Positions 17,522 to 27,721 of a DNA stretch of 64,000 nt are shown here, piece after piece; within the stretch, counting starts at the first letter, position 1, and every line of letters begins with the position of its first letter. The position numbers were made by a program, and so were the translations under genes. The DNA is from Spirochaetota bacterium (GTDB lineage: Bacteria > Spirochaetota > UBA4802 > UBA5550), in contig DAONFJ010000005.1 in assembly GCA_035403545.1 (NCBI GenBank), forward strand, positions 3,629-67,628. The letters run 5' to 3'. The notes under the pieces were generated by a model. It had not been told where the DNA came from. It made no database searches and saw nothing but the letters and a program-made list of their open reading frames with translations.

Positions 17522-19315
17522 ATGAATAAAAAACTTATCATCGCACCGGCTGTTTTAATAATCTTTCTTTTAATGGCAATAACTCCCCCATCTGAACAGA
17601 ATATTAATTTTTTATGGGCGGCCAAAAAAACAAAAGAAAAAGTAAAGGAAAAAGATTCCTCTTTTTCATTGAATTTTAATGATGTTGAAATTTCTGAATT
17701 TCTGAATGTAATGAGCCAGGTTCTTGGTAAAAATATTATTCTTAGCGATAAGGTAAAAGGTAAAATTACAATAAATTCAGCTCAAAAAGTACCGCTTAAT
17801 GAAGCATATGATCTTATGAAGTCTATTCTGGAGATAAAAGGTTTTGCTGTAATTGAAACTGACAATCTTATAAAAGTAGTTCCGGTCAAAGAGGCTGTAC
17901 AGAAAAATGTTGAAGTAATTCTCGACGGTGACAAAATTAAACTTAATAATAATGATGATGCAGTTACATTTCTTATGGAAATGGTTCATGCGGATGCCAA
18001 TGATGTCGCGAATGTACTTAAAACTTTAAAGTCCCCTGATACAGATGTTGTTGTTTATAAGACATTAAATATTCTGATTTTCAGCGGCAACTCAACAGAT
18101 ATAAAAGGACTTGTAAAAATTGCTCAATCATTAGATAAAAATCCTGCTGCGGAAGGTGAAACAGATATCAATGCCGGTAAAGAGAATGAATTGATACATG
18201 TAGTAAATCTTGAAAATGCTGATGCAGTAAGTCTTTCAGAAGTATTATCAAGAATCCCCTTTTCCCAGAATGCTGTAATTAACACCAATCCTGTTAGAAC
18301 GCAGGTGGCTGAGGGAAAAGATAAGGCTGCCGCAGGTACAGGACAGGGTACTCAAACCCAGACACTCCCCGCAAAGCTTTCAATAATTGCCAATAAAGAG
18401 ACTAATTCACTGATCATAAATGCATCCGGTGAAGATTATAAAGAAATATTAAAAATTATTAAGCAGCTTGATGTAATAAGACCGCAAATTCTAATTGAGG
18501 CAATGATAGTTGAGGTCGATGTTGAATCAAACTGGGGCCTCGGGATTGACTGGACATTGGGCGGGCAACAGGGCACTCATCTTGTCGGCGGTTCTTCAAT
18601 AATGGGGGGTATTCCCAGCTACTCGCTTCCAACCGGTATTACTGATAAAACAATGTCCGTACCACTAAAGGCATCAACAATGACCCTCGGTTATATGAGC
18701 GATACATCTGTACTCGGGTTTGTACTTCTCAACGCAACCGGCCAGGACAAAAATATTAATATACTCTCCACTCCTCATATCCTGACAATAGATAACCACG
18801 AAGCTGAATTTAATGTCGGAGAGGAAATTGCAGTTCCAACTAACAGCCGTTTGGATACTAACAATAACATTTATTATACTTTTGAATATAAACCGGTGGG
18901 ACTTAAATTGAAACTTACACCTCATATAACAACTGGTGAGAAAATAACATTAGAGCTGTTTGTTGAAGTTAACTCGGTTTTAGGTACTACTACCACAACA
19001 TCAACAAGCACAATTATACCTCCTGACCTTGCTAAACGTGACATTAAAACTAAAGTTTCAATAAAAGACGGATCAACCATTGTTGTCGGCGGACTTATGA
19101 GAAATGAAAACTCGGAGACTGAAACAAAAGTTCCTCTCCTTGGCGACATCCCTCTGCTGGGATGGTTTTTCAAGTATAAAACTAAAGAGAGCTCAAAAAC
19201 CAATCTGCTGGTTTTTATTACTCCAAGAGTTGTGACAGATCCGGAGAAGATAAAAAAGATTACGGAAGAGAAACAGCAGGAGTTCAGAAAAATTCAGGAA
19301 GAGAGTAAAAAGTAG
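17522..19315 (+). CDS. gspD: Type II secretion secretin GspD
   Basis: Signal peptide, an N0-like domain (FNDVEISEFLNVMSQVLGKNII), and a secretin core ending VPLLGDIPLLGWFFKYK...LLVFITPRVV. Confidence 0.92.
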   Translation: MNKKLIIAPAVLIIFLLMAITPPSEQNINFLWAAKKTKEKVKEKDSSFSLNFNDVEISEFLNVMSQVLGKNIILSDKVKGKITINSAQKVPLNEAYDLMKSILEIKGFAVIETDNLIKVVPVKEAVQKNVEVILDGDKIKLNNNDDAVTFLMEMVHADANDVANVLKTLKSPDTDVVVYKTLNILIFSGNSTDIKGLVKIAQSLDKNPAAEGETDINAGKENELIHVVNLENADAVSLSEVLSRIPFSQNAVINTNPVRTQVAEGKDKAAAGTGQGTQTQTLPAKLSIIANKETNSLIINASGEDYKEILKIIKQLDVIRPQILIEAMIVEVDVESNWGLGIDWTLGGQQGTHLVGGSSIMGGIPSYSLPTGITDKTMSVPLKASTMTLGYMSDTSVLGFVLLNATGQDKNINILSTPHILTIDNHEAEFNVGEEIAVPTNSRLDTNNNIYYTFEYKPVGLKLKLTPHITTGEKITLELFVEVNSVLGTTTTTSTSTIIPPDLAKRDIKTKVSIKDGSTIVVGGLMRNENSETETKVPLLGDIPLLGWFFKYKTKESSKTNLLVFITPRVVTDPEKIKKITEEKQQEFRKIQEESKK

Positions 19316-19322
19316 AATCTAT

Positions 19323-21023
19323 ATGGCATTGATGAAAAATAAGCAGATTGGAAAAATTTTAATTGAGAAAGGAAAAATTTCATCTGAAAATCTGCAGGAG
19401 GCCCTGCTCCTTCAGCAGAATTCAGGATTAAAAATCGGTGAATTGCTGATTAAGAAAGGATACCTGTCAGAGGTTGATCTCCTCGAATCTCTTGCGCTGC
19501 AGAACGGAATAGAATTTAAAACTACCATTGAGTATAAAGATAATGATTCAATTTTTAAAGGGCTTCCTGTTAATTTTTTAAAAAGCAGCCTGATTGCTCC
19601 CTTCAATTCAGGTAAGGGTATTATTTCAATTGCAATTACTGACGTTTTAAATATACAGCCCCTTGATGATCTTAAGCTTTTATTTAAAAGTTATACTTTT
19701 AAAATTGTACTTACTCCGGTAAGTGAAGTTCAGAAAATAATCAATACCCACTTTGAGCTGGCAGAATCTGCAACAACAAATGAAATAATTGAAAACCTCG
19801 AAGAATCAGATTTTGAAATTCTTTCCAGAACGTCCTCTGAAACATCTGATATACTTGATATGGCAAATGACGCACCGATAATCCGTCTCGTTAATACCAT
19901 CATCAGGCAGGCGGTTGCAGAGAGAGCCAGTGATATACACTTCGAAGTCTACGAGAAAGAGCTTATTGTACGTTTCAGGATTGATGGTATTTTATACAAA
20001 ATGTTTACTCCTCCAAAAAAATACCAGGATTCTATTATTTCCCGAATTAAAATTATGTCTAATCTGAATATTGCCGAAAACAGAATGCCTCAGGATGGAA
20101 GAATCCAGATAAAAATCGCAGGAAAGGAAATTGATATCAGGGTTTCAATTTTTCCTACTCATTATGGTGAACGAATAGTTTTAAGGCTTTTAAATAAATC
20201 GGATATAAGTTTTGAGCTGGATTCAATCGGTTTTTCCAAAGAGGTCCTTCGGGGCTTCAATGAACTGATCAACCTTACTCATGGTGTAGTTCTTGTAACA
20301 GGACCGACAGGAAGCGGTAAAAGTACTACTCTTTACGGTGTATTGACAAGATTGAATCACGATGATGTAAATATATTAACTGTTGAAGATCCTATTGAAT
20401 ATCAGATTTCCGGAATTGGACAAATGCAGATAAGGCCGAAAATCGGACTTACTTTCGCATCAGGCCTCCGTTCCATTCTAAGGCAGGATCCGGACATAAT
20501 TATGATCGGTGAGATCCGTGACCTTGAAACTGCCGAGATCGCCATACAGTCAGCCCTGACCGGTCATAGAGTATTCTCTACCCTTCATACAAATGATGCG
20601 GCATCCGGAGTAACAAGGCTTATAGATATGGGAATAGAACCGTACCTGATCTCCTCGTCCGTAAATGCATTCCTTGCGCAGAGGCTTGTCAGGATGATAT
20701 GTCCGCATTGTATAACGCCGTATAAACCTGCACAACAGGAACTGAACCGTGCCGGAATAACTAAATCCTCACTGAATAAAGGAAATCTTTTTAGAGGAAA
20801 AGGATGCGAAAAATGTCTTAATACCGGTTATACCGGAAGGATAGGCATTTTTGAACTGCTCACAATCTCGGACAGTATAAGAAAACTGGTAATGTCCGGA
20901 GCTGATGCATCTACTATTAAAGAACAGGCTGTTAAAGAGGGAATGGTAACACTTCTGACTGATGGTGTTCAGAAAGCTGCGAAGGGACTTACCACGCTTG
21001 AAGAAGTTTTAAGAGTCTGCTGA
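19323..21023 (+). CDS. gspE: Type II secretion ATPase GspE with N-terminal MshEN-like domain
   Basis: Walker A GPTGSGKST, Asp box, Walker B/His box (IIMIGEIRD, GHRVFSTLHTND), and tetracysteine CPHC...CEKC. The N-terminus has tandem 24-aa motifs. Confidence 0.95.
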   Translation: MALMKNKQIGKILIEKGKISSENLQEALLLQQNSGLKIGELLIKKGYLSEVDLLESLALQNGIEFKTTIEYKDNDSIFKGLPVNFLKSSLIAPFNSGKGIISIAITDVLNIQPLDDLKLLFKSYTFKIVLTPVSEVQKIINTHFELAESATTNEIIENLEESDFEILSRTSSETSDILDMANDAPIIRLVNTIIRQAVAERASDIHFEVYEKELIVRFRIDGILYKMFTPPKKYQDSIISRIKIMSNLNIAENRMPQDGRIQIKIAGKEIDIRVSIFPTHYGERIVLRLLNKSDISFELDSIGFSKEVLRGFNELINLTHGVVLVTGPTGSGKSTTLYGVLTRLNHDDVNILTVEDPIEYQISGIGQMQIRPKIGLTFASGLRSILRQDPDIIMIGEIRDLETAEIAIQSALTGHRVFSTLHTNDAASGVTRLIDMGIEPYLISSSVNAFLAQRLVRMICPHCITPYKPAQQELNRAGITKSSLNKGNLFRGKGCEKCLNTGYTGRIGIFELLTISDSIRKLVMSGADASTIKEQAVKEGMVTLLTDGVQKAAKGLTTLEEVLRVC

Positions 21024-21042
21024 TTTAAACCGGAGAAAGAAT

Positions 21043-22284
21043 ATGCTCTATTACTACAGGGCCTTAAACAGCAAGGGAGACGAGGTTGCGGATTATATTG
21101 ATGCTCCTAATGAAACTGCTGCTAAACAGAAAATCAGAAAATCCGGACTTTATGTTACATTTATAAAAGATCAGGAAAAAATAAAGACATCTAATGCAAA
21201 ATTTAATGCCAGAGAATTTTTCGACAGGGCCCTTTTAAATTTTAGAAAAAATTCTGCTAAAAAACAGGTCGGCCTTTTTTCCAGGCAGCTCTCCACTCTT
21301 TTAAAAGCCGGTATGCCCCTTATGGTTGCTATAAATGACATTATTGAACAGATAGATAATAAAATTTTTAAGAATGTAATTATTGATATTAAAGAAAAAG
21401 TTGAAGGCGGTTCATCTTTTTCAAATGCCATCGCTCAACATAAAGAACTTTTTTCAGAGATGTATATTAATATGATCCGGGTCGGTGAAAGTCTAGGATC
21501 ACTTGATGAAGTTATCGCAAGGCTCTCCGAAATGGAAGAGAAGAAAACTTTCCTGAAAAATAAAATAAGGGCCGCTCTCTGGTACCCCGCTTTTATGCTT
21601 ACATTTTCTTCAATGATTGTAATTTTTTTAATGGTTAACATTATACCTACAATATCAGAGATTTTCGTTGAACAGAATAAAGAACTTCCATTTCCTACAA
21701 AAATTGTAATCGGTATAAGCAACTTTCTGACGCATTTCTGGATATTGATACCGGCAGGTTTAGCCATCTTATTTTATTTTTATAAAAGATATTCATCAAC
21801 TCCGGAAGGGAGAAAAAAAATTGATGAAGTAATGATGAAACTCCCTTTAGTCAGCAGGCTTTACAACAAAGTAATAGTTTATAGATTTACGCTTAATCTT
21901 GGAGTACTTCTTTCAAACAAAGTTGACCTTCTGAAATCTTTTGAAATAGTAAAGAAAATTGTGAATAATGTAATAGTAGAGGAAAAAATCGACAGCGCTT
22001 TGAAGAATATTCAGGAGGGTGCATCAATCGCCCAGTCTCTGAAAAAATGTGAATTTCTGCCAAAGCTTGTTATAGGTATGATTGCAGCAGGTGAAGCAAG
22101 TGATAAAGTTGACGAGATGCTGTTAAATATAGGGAACGTTTATGAAAACGAGATTGATATGGTTGTAACAAGTTTAACAGGGATGATTGAACCTCTCATA
22201 ATTATTATTATGGGTGTTATAATAGGAGTAATAGTGTTATCAGTTATGATGCCGATCATGGAAATGAATTTGATGGTTCAGTAA
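21043..22284 (+). CDS. gspF: Type II secretion inner-membrane platform protein GspF
   Basis: Duplicated GspF domain (FSRQLSTLLKAGMPL / FTLNLGVLLSNKVDL) with three TM segments. Confidence 0.92.
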   Translation: MLYYYRALNSKGDEVADYIDAPNETAAKQKIRKSGLYVTFIKDQEKIKTSNAKFNAREFFDRALLNFRKNSAKKQVGLFSRQLSTLLKAGMPLMVAINDIIEQIDNKIFKNVIIDIKEKVEGGSSFSNAIAQHKELFSEMYINMIRVGESLGSLDEVIARLSEMEEKKTFLKNKIRAALWYPAFMLTFSSMIVIFLMVNIIPTISEIFVEQNKELPFPTKIVIGISNFLTHFWILIPAGLAILFYFYKRYSSTPEGRKKIDEVMMKLPLVSRLYNKVIVYRFTLNLGVLLSNKVDLLKSFEIVKKIVNNVIVEEKIDSALKNIQEGASIAQSLKKCEFLPKLVIGMIAAGEASDKVDEMLLNIGNVYENEIDMVVTSLTGMIEPLIIIIMGVIIGVIVLSVMMPIMEMNLMVQ

Positions 22285-22320
22285 CCGATTATTGGGTATA
22301 TTTAAAAGAGGAGAACAATT

Positions 22321-22755
22321 ATGGAACGGATGAAAAAATTTGCAGGAAAGTTAAAACTGATTTTTCAGAATAACCAGGGCTTTACACTGCTTGAACTTAT
22401 GATTGTTATTACAATCATAGCCATCATCGGAGGATTTGCAGTATCAAAGTTTACCGGAGTGCTTGACAAGACTAAAGTAACTGCTGTTAAGACGGACATC
22501 GGGACTTTTGAAACTGCGCTTGATGCATACTACCTGAACCACAGTACATATCCTACATCTGAAGAAGGTTTGCAGAAACTTGCATCTGACGGATTAGTTA
22601 AGAATAAAAAAGAAACATTTACAGATCCGTGGAACAATCCATACCAGTACCGTTATCCCGGTAAATTCAGCGATGGGCCTGAAATCTGGAGCTTTGGAGC
22701 AGATGGCGCTGAAGGTGGCGAAGGGATCAACGCGGATATCAATAGCTGGGAATAA
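22321..22755 (+). CDS. gspG: Major pseudopilin GspG
   Basis: Prepilin site QG|FTLLELMIV and the GspG signature DPWNNPYQYRYPG. Strong SD (aGAGGAGaacaattATG). Confidence 0.9.
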   Translation: MERMKKFAGKLKLIFQNNQGFTLLELMIVITIIAIIGGFAVSKFTGVLDKTKVTAVKTDIGTFETALDAYYLNHSTYPTSEEGLQKLASDGLVKNKKETFTDPWNNPYQYRYPGKFSDGPEIWSFGADGAEGGEGINADINSWE

Positions 22756-22758
22756 TTC

Positions 22759-23295
22759 TTGTTCTATTATAATAATGATCAGGGCTTTACTCTTGTAGAA
22801 CTTGTTGTTGTAATGGCTATTCTTGCCGTTATGAGTGTGATCGCTTTGCCGAAACTCACCGGGATGCTCGGAGATCAGCGGAAGGAATCAGCAATTCTTA
22901 AAGCATATATCGAAGCTGTTACAGATGATTCTTTTGTTCACCATAAAACCAATTATCTATGTATTAATTTATCCAGGCCCGGTAACAAAAATTCTGAACT
23001 ATTTGATGATAGATATAATGATAATAATATTGTCAACGTGTATGAATTGAACGACGGGAAGTTTATTCAGAGTAAAAACAAAATATTGAGAGACCGGGGA
23101 TTCAGTTCATCTTTTATTCTTGATGAAGTTATACTTGAAGGTGGTAAAAGCATTAATTCCGGCAATGTACTCATACCTTTTTATTCCGACGGAACAAGTT
23201 CTGGATTTATACTGAAAATAATTTCCGGTGATTTAAAAATATTTGTTATCAAAAACAAAATCAGTAAAATGGTGCAGCTGGAAAATGAAATTTAA
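22759..23295 (+). CDS. gspH: Minor pseudopilin (GspH-like)
   Basis: Prepilin site QG|FTLVELVVV. TTG start 3 nt after the gspG stop. Assignment is by position. Confidence 0.6.
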   Translation: MFYYNNDQGFTLVELVVVMAILAVMSVIALPKLTGMLGDQRKESAILKAYIEAVTDDSFVHHKTNYLCINLSRPGNKNSELFDDRYNDNNIVNVYELNDGKFIQSKNKILRDRGFSSSFILDEVILEGGKSINSGNVLIPFYSDGTSSGFILKIISGDLKIFVIKNKISKMVQLENEI

Positions 23296-23701
23296 TTCTG
23301 CAGAAGATGGCATATCTGAAAATATTGCTCAAAAAAACGGCGGCTTTGTTCTGATTGAAGTCCTGATAGCTGTGACAATTCTTTCAGTGGTTCTCCTCAG
23401 TGTTTATTCAGGAATCTCTTCAGGTATAAATATTATTGGAAACAGTAAAAATTATACCCGTGCCATGATCATTGCCAAGTCACTGATGAATGAATTCCGC
23501 AGTGACAGCATGAAGGGAGTAGATATGAAAGATGCTCCCGTCGCCGGTTATCAGGATTTTAATTATGACCGGGTCAGTGAACGATATGAAAATCCAATGC
23601 TCGGCCCCCTTCCTATTAACAAAACAGAAATCAAAGTTAAGTGGAAATATAAAGGTGTTGAGAACCACTACGAATTAACCATGATATATCAGGTTAAATA
23701 G
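23285..23701 (+). CDS. gspI: Minor pseudopilin (GspI-like)
   Basis: GG|FVLIEVLIAVTIL prepilin-like N-terminus. I prefer the ATG at 23285 over the longer ORF starting at 23243. Confidence 0.6.
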   Translation: MKFNSAEDGISENIAQKNGGFVLIEVLIAVTILSVVLLSVYSGISSGINIIGNSKNYTRAMIIAKSLMNEFRSDSMKGVDMKDAPVAGYQDFNYDRVSERYENPMLGPLPINKTEIKVKWKYKGVENHYELTMIYQVK

Positions 23702-23722
23702 TATTCCGGCGGCAGACTATAT

Positions 23723-24364
23723 ATGAATTTTCTAAAGAAAAATGATGGTTTTACGCTTATTGAGATGCTTGTTGCTACGGCTGTATCATCAGTAATACTT
23801 GTGATGGTTTATACAGCATATGCATCAATAATCAGAAGTGTTAACCAGGGTAAAATTGCCTCGCAATATTATGAAGAGTTAAATCTTATTCTTAGAAGAA
23901 TCGATTCTGATCTTCTAAATACATATTGGAACGAAACCGCAAAAAATATTAGTTTTATTTCTGAAATTGAAGGCAATTCAAGCAGGCTTAATTTTGTCAC
24001 AGGTGAATATAAAAGCAACAGGATGATTCTTTCAGTGAAAGATAATTTTCCGTCATCTGATATTCACGAAGTCGGGTATTATCTCAAAAGAGATAACAAA
24101 ACCGGTAAAAATAATTTAATAAGAAGAAGTGAAATACACTATGACAGTTCTCCTCTTGATGGAGGAATTGAGGAAGTGATTTTCAGAAATGTTGAATCAA
24201 TCAGATTTGATTTTAAATATAGAAGCGACTGGATAGATACCTGGGATACAAGGGAGAAAAAAAGACTCCCTTCCGGTATAAAGACTACGCTCGTTGTCAT
24301 TGATCCTTATAATAATAAAGATACATATGAATTTTTTACGATATGTAATATGAGTTATGAATAA
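23723..24364 (+). CDS. gspJ: Minor pseudopilin (GspJ-like)
   Basis: DG|FTLIEMLVATAV prepilin site. Size and position fit GspJ. Confidence 0.6.
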   Translation: MNFLKKNDGFTLIEMLVATAVSSVILVMVYTAYASIIRSVNQGKIASQYYEELNLILRRIDSDLLNTYWNETAKNISFISEIEGNSSRLNFVTGEYKSNRMILSVKDNFPSSDIHEVGYYLKRDNKTGKNNLIRRSEIHYDSSPLDGGIEEVIFRNVESIRFDFKYRSDWIDTWDTREKKRLPSGIKTTLVVIDPYNNKDTYEFFTICNMSYE

Positions 24365-25571
24365 ATACATTAAGAACCTGATTAAAAATTATTATACCAG
24401 GAAAGAAATACTGGAGAATGACGGTGTCCGCCAATATATATTCAACAGTAAAGGTTATATACTTCTTATAGTATTGGTTATATCTGCATTTCTTGTCTCT
24501 TTTACTTCTGAATTCTTTTATCAGACTCATATATATATATCCTATATAAAAAGGTTTAAGTCAGATATTAATTCAGAATATCTTGCCTATTCCGGTTTTG
24601 AGCTGGGAAAAGCGATACTCGAGGTTGACCGGCTTGGGCTAGGCTCATCATTTATGCCGAATATTTCAAGCAATAGAAGTATAGATTCGTATAAAGATAT
24701 CTGGGCTCTTGATCTCCCTGAAATGAATCTTCCTGGCGGAACTGTAAAAATTAAGATTGAGGATGAAAATTCAAAGATCAATCTATCTGTATTGGGAACA
24801 GAATTTGTTCCGATGACACCATACTACGGAATAACACAACGTCTTATCGGCAGTATGGGATTTAATATTGATGTAGTAGACTGTATTATGGATTGGATTG
24901 ATCCTGATAGCGCCAGATTTCCCTATGGTGCGGAATCTGCAGATTATTATCTGAATCAGACTCCACCCTACTCCGCCCAGAATGAAGAAATGAAAAGTAT
25001 TGATGAACTGCTTCTTGTAAAACTGGTTACACCGGAAATTTTTTATGGAATTGGCGGCGGAAATCATGGTCTGGAAAAAAATCTGGTTGAAGATAATAAG
25101 GGAGATGTTACAATACCTCTTTATAAACTTGAGGATCTCTCCGCCGCAGGCACAGCTGCGGATGAAAACTCAAAATATAAGGAAAGTATTGAAAGAAAAA
25201 TCGGGAAAGAAAGAGACAGGGCTCTGAATAATTATTTTAGAGTTTACGGAGATAGCAGTAACTGGCTGGATGAGATTAATAAAATTAATATTAATACAGC
25301 CAGTTTCCGGGTATTATCTGCGCTTTCAAATGATATGAATGATGATATAGTAACAGAAATCATAAAGAAAAGGCAGATTCAGCCATTTACCAGTACCAGT
25401 GAGATTGACGAATTTATAAAAGATACTAATATTAAAAATAATTTAATTACGGTTAAATCCAGAATATTTAAAATAACCGTAACAGCTTCCGGTAACGAAG
25501 GATATTGCCGATTTATAACTTATTATGATAGAGATAATAAAAAAATATTATATTGTACAAGTGAACATTAA
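24357..25571 (+). CDS. gspK: Minor pseudopilin GspK
   Basis: Hydrophobic N-terminus without Glu+5, an SIDELLLV motif, and a helix-hairpin-helix-like NINTASFRVLSAL. About 400 aa. Confidence 0.7.
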   Translation: MNKYIKNLIKNYYTRKEILENDGVRQYIFNSKGYILLIVLVISAFLVSFTSEFFYQTHIYISYIKRFKSDINSEYLAYSGFELGKAILEVDRLGLGSSFMPNISSNRSIDSYKDIWALDLPEMNLPGGTVKIKIEDENSKINLSVLGTEFVPMTPYYGITQRLIGSMGFNIDVVDCIMDWIDPDSARFPYGAESADYYLNQTPPYSAQNEEMKSIDELLLVKLVTPEIFYGIGGGNHGLEKNLVEDNKGDVTIPLYKLEDLSAAGTAADENSKYKESIERKIGKERDRALNNYFRVYGDSSNWLDEINKININTASFRVLSALSNDMNDDIVTEIIKKRQIQPFTSTSEIDEFIKDTNIKNNLITVKSRIFKITVTASGNEGYCRFITYYDRDNKKILYCTSEH

Positions 25572-25589
25572 GAGAGAAGGAGTGCAGGA

Positions 25590-27194
25590 TTGTTTGATAA
25601 TATAGCTTCAATAGATATAGGGTCCTCTTCTATTAAATTAATTAAAGCTAAAAGAGGGCTAAAGAAATTTGAACTTATTTCTGCGGTTATAGAAATTATA
25701 GACCGGGAATTACTTCATAGTGATTATACAACTGCTGTTGAAAATGCTCTTCATAATATTCTTGAAAAAGAAAATCTCTCTGAGTTTAAAATTGTTACAT
25801 CAATGCCGGCGGAACGTATTTTACTGCGAAATATAACTTTCCCATTCAATGATATTACTAAAATTACACATGCAATACCTTACGAGGCGGAAGAGAACAT
25901 ACCTTACCCTCTTGATATGGTAACGTTTGATTTTCAGACAATACCATCTGAAAATATGGACAGCAGAAGTGTTATACTTGCAGCGGTAAACAAGGATTAT
26001 CTTATAAGTATAATTGAAACATTTAAAAAATCCGGATTGAATCCTGTTTTTTCCGGAATTGAAGCCAATTCAATTCTCAGGTGCTATGAATATTTTAATT
26101 CTGTGAATGATGAAACTGTTCTGCAGATAGACATCGGTGATATAAAAACAGTTGTTAATATTGTGAGAGACAGTTCTTTATTGTATACCCGAAGTATTCC
26201 TTCAGGTTTAGGTCGTTTAATAGAAAAAATATCCCGAATACTTAATATCTCTTTAAATGAAGCTCAAAGAGTCCTGGAATCCTTGGATCTTGACCTCACA
26301 TCATTTGATTCGAACCTGAAAATAAATAATTTTAAAAACCTGAATATAAGTAAACCAAAATTAAAACTGATTTTTCAGGAAGCAAGCCAGCTGGTTGCAG
26401 ATATTATGAGTGATATAGCATTTACAATAAAAGCCAGTGGTGAATATACGGATTACTCCAGGTTCAGCAGAATAATAATTACCGGCGGCGGTTCTAACCT
26501 CAAGGGCGTATCTAAAATTATCTCAGATGAATCCGGACTTCCCGTAGTGTTCATGCCTTTTTTAAACGGATATCCTGACGCAGACATTAGAAGCAGATTT
26601 TCTGTATGCCTTGGAAATCTTCTTGTTTACATGAATAACCGTAATACATCGATAAATTTTTTAAAGGGTGATTTTACTCCCGATTCCGGCCCCGGATCAT
26701 TAAAGAAGTTTTATCTCCCGTTATTTTTCGTTTCGCTGACAATATTGTTTCTACTGATAAACTTTTCGAGTACAATTTATTTTGTAGTTAAAAGCAATAA
26801 TTACACAGAGACAATCATGCAGCAGAAATTTAAAAAGTATTTTAACGTACAAACTGTCCCTAAAGATCCTGTTAAAGAAGCAAACATTATACTGTCAAAT
26901 GAAAAGAAAGAACTTTCAGTATTGAAAGAACTACTGGGCGAAGAAACCCTTTTTATCCCGACACTTAACCTTGTAATTAAAAATTTTTCCGGAGCCGAAG
27001 GTTTTGATATTAAAAAAATAAATTACGACGGTAAAAGCATGGTTATAGAGGGAGAAATAAGGCGATCCGGAGATCTGGAGGATTTCAAAAAAAATCTGCT
27101 CAATTCCGGGGAGTTCGAAAGTGTGACAATTAATATCAGAGATACAAGCAGTACCAGAAGTTTGTTCACTATATCAATAAAGCAGAAAATCTGA
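25590..27194 (+). CDS. gspL: GspL-like assembly protein (actin-fold PilM-like cytoplasmic domain + TM + periplasmic domain)
   Basis: IDIGSSSIKLIKA and ITGGGSNLKG actin/FtsA-fold motifs, one TM (LPLFFVSLTILFLLINF), and a TTG start after a GAAGGAG SD. Confidence 0.6.
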   Translation: MFDNIASIDIGSSSIKLIKAKRGLKKFELISAVIEIIDRELLHSDYTTAVENALHNILEKENLSEFKIVTSMPAERILLRNITFPFNDITKITHAIPYEAEENIPYPLDMVTFDFQTIPSENMDSRSVILAAVNKDYLISIIETFKKSGLNPVFSGIEANSILRCYEYFNSVNDETVLQIDIGDIKTVVNIVRDSSLLYTRSIPSGLGRLIEKISRILNISLNEAQRVLESLDLDLTSFDSNLKINNFKNLNISKPKLKLIFQEASQLVADIMSDIAFTIKASGEYTDYSRFSRIIITGGGSNLKGVSKIISDESGLPVVFMPFLNGYPDADIRSRFSVCLGNLLVYMNNRNTSINFLKGDFTPDSGPGSLKKFYLPLFFVSLTILFLLINFSSTIYFVVKSNNYTETIMQQKFKKYFNVQTVPKDPVKEANIILSNEKKELSVLKELLGEETLFIPTLNLVIKNFSGAEGFDIKKINYDGKSMVIEGEIRRSGDLEDFKKNLLNSGEFESVTINIRDTSSTRSLFTISIKQKI

Positions 27195-27204
27195 GTGATA
27201 AAAA

Positions 27205-27720
27205 ATGATAAATCTTAACGATAGAGAAAAAAAATTATTATTTATTCTTGCAGGTATACTCATTACCGGCTTTGTTTATTATTTTATTCTTTCCCCGATA
27301 ATTGAATTTAAAAAAAATTCTGATGATATTTACAATAAGAATAGATTAAAAATAAATAAGCTTGATGATATATACTCTGAGTACAGGGATATTATTACAG
27401 AAAAAAGTAAATTGAGTGCAGTTGCCTCCGGAAACAGCGGCATCGGTTCGATGGTTGACGAGATCGCTTCGAGCTTAAAAATAGCAAGTAATAAAGTATA
27501 TTTGAAAGAGAATCCGGGAATTGTCCAGAATAGCATCCAGAAAATGACCACTGAAATAAAATTTGAGGGAGTACCTGTTAAAGAGCTTTTAGAATTTTTA
27601 AATAGAATTGAAAATTCTAATACACCGCTAAAAATTCAGAGCCTCGTAATTTACTCGGGAATAAAAGAAAGAAGCAGGTATGACGCCGTAATTACAATCG
27701 TGAGTTTGAGCAAGAGATAA
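27205..27720 (+). CDS. gspM: GspM-like bitopic protein
   Basis: Single N-terminal TM, ~170 aa. Assignment is by position after gspL. Confidence 0.45.
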   Translation: MINLNDREKKLLFILAGILITGFVYYFILSPIIEFKKNSDDIYNKNRLKINKLDDIYSEYRDIITEKSKLSAVASGNSGIGSMVDEIASSLKIASNKVYLKENPGIVQNSIQKMTTEIKFEGVPVKELLEFLNRIENSNTPLKIQSLVIYSGIKERSRYDAVITIVSLSKR

Positions 27721-27721
27721 A

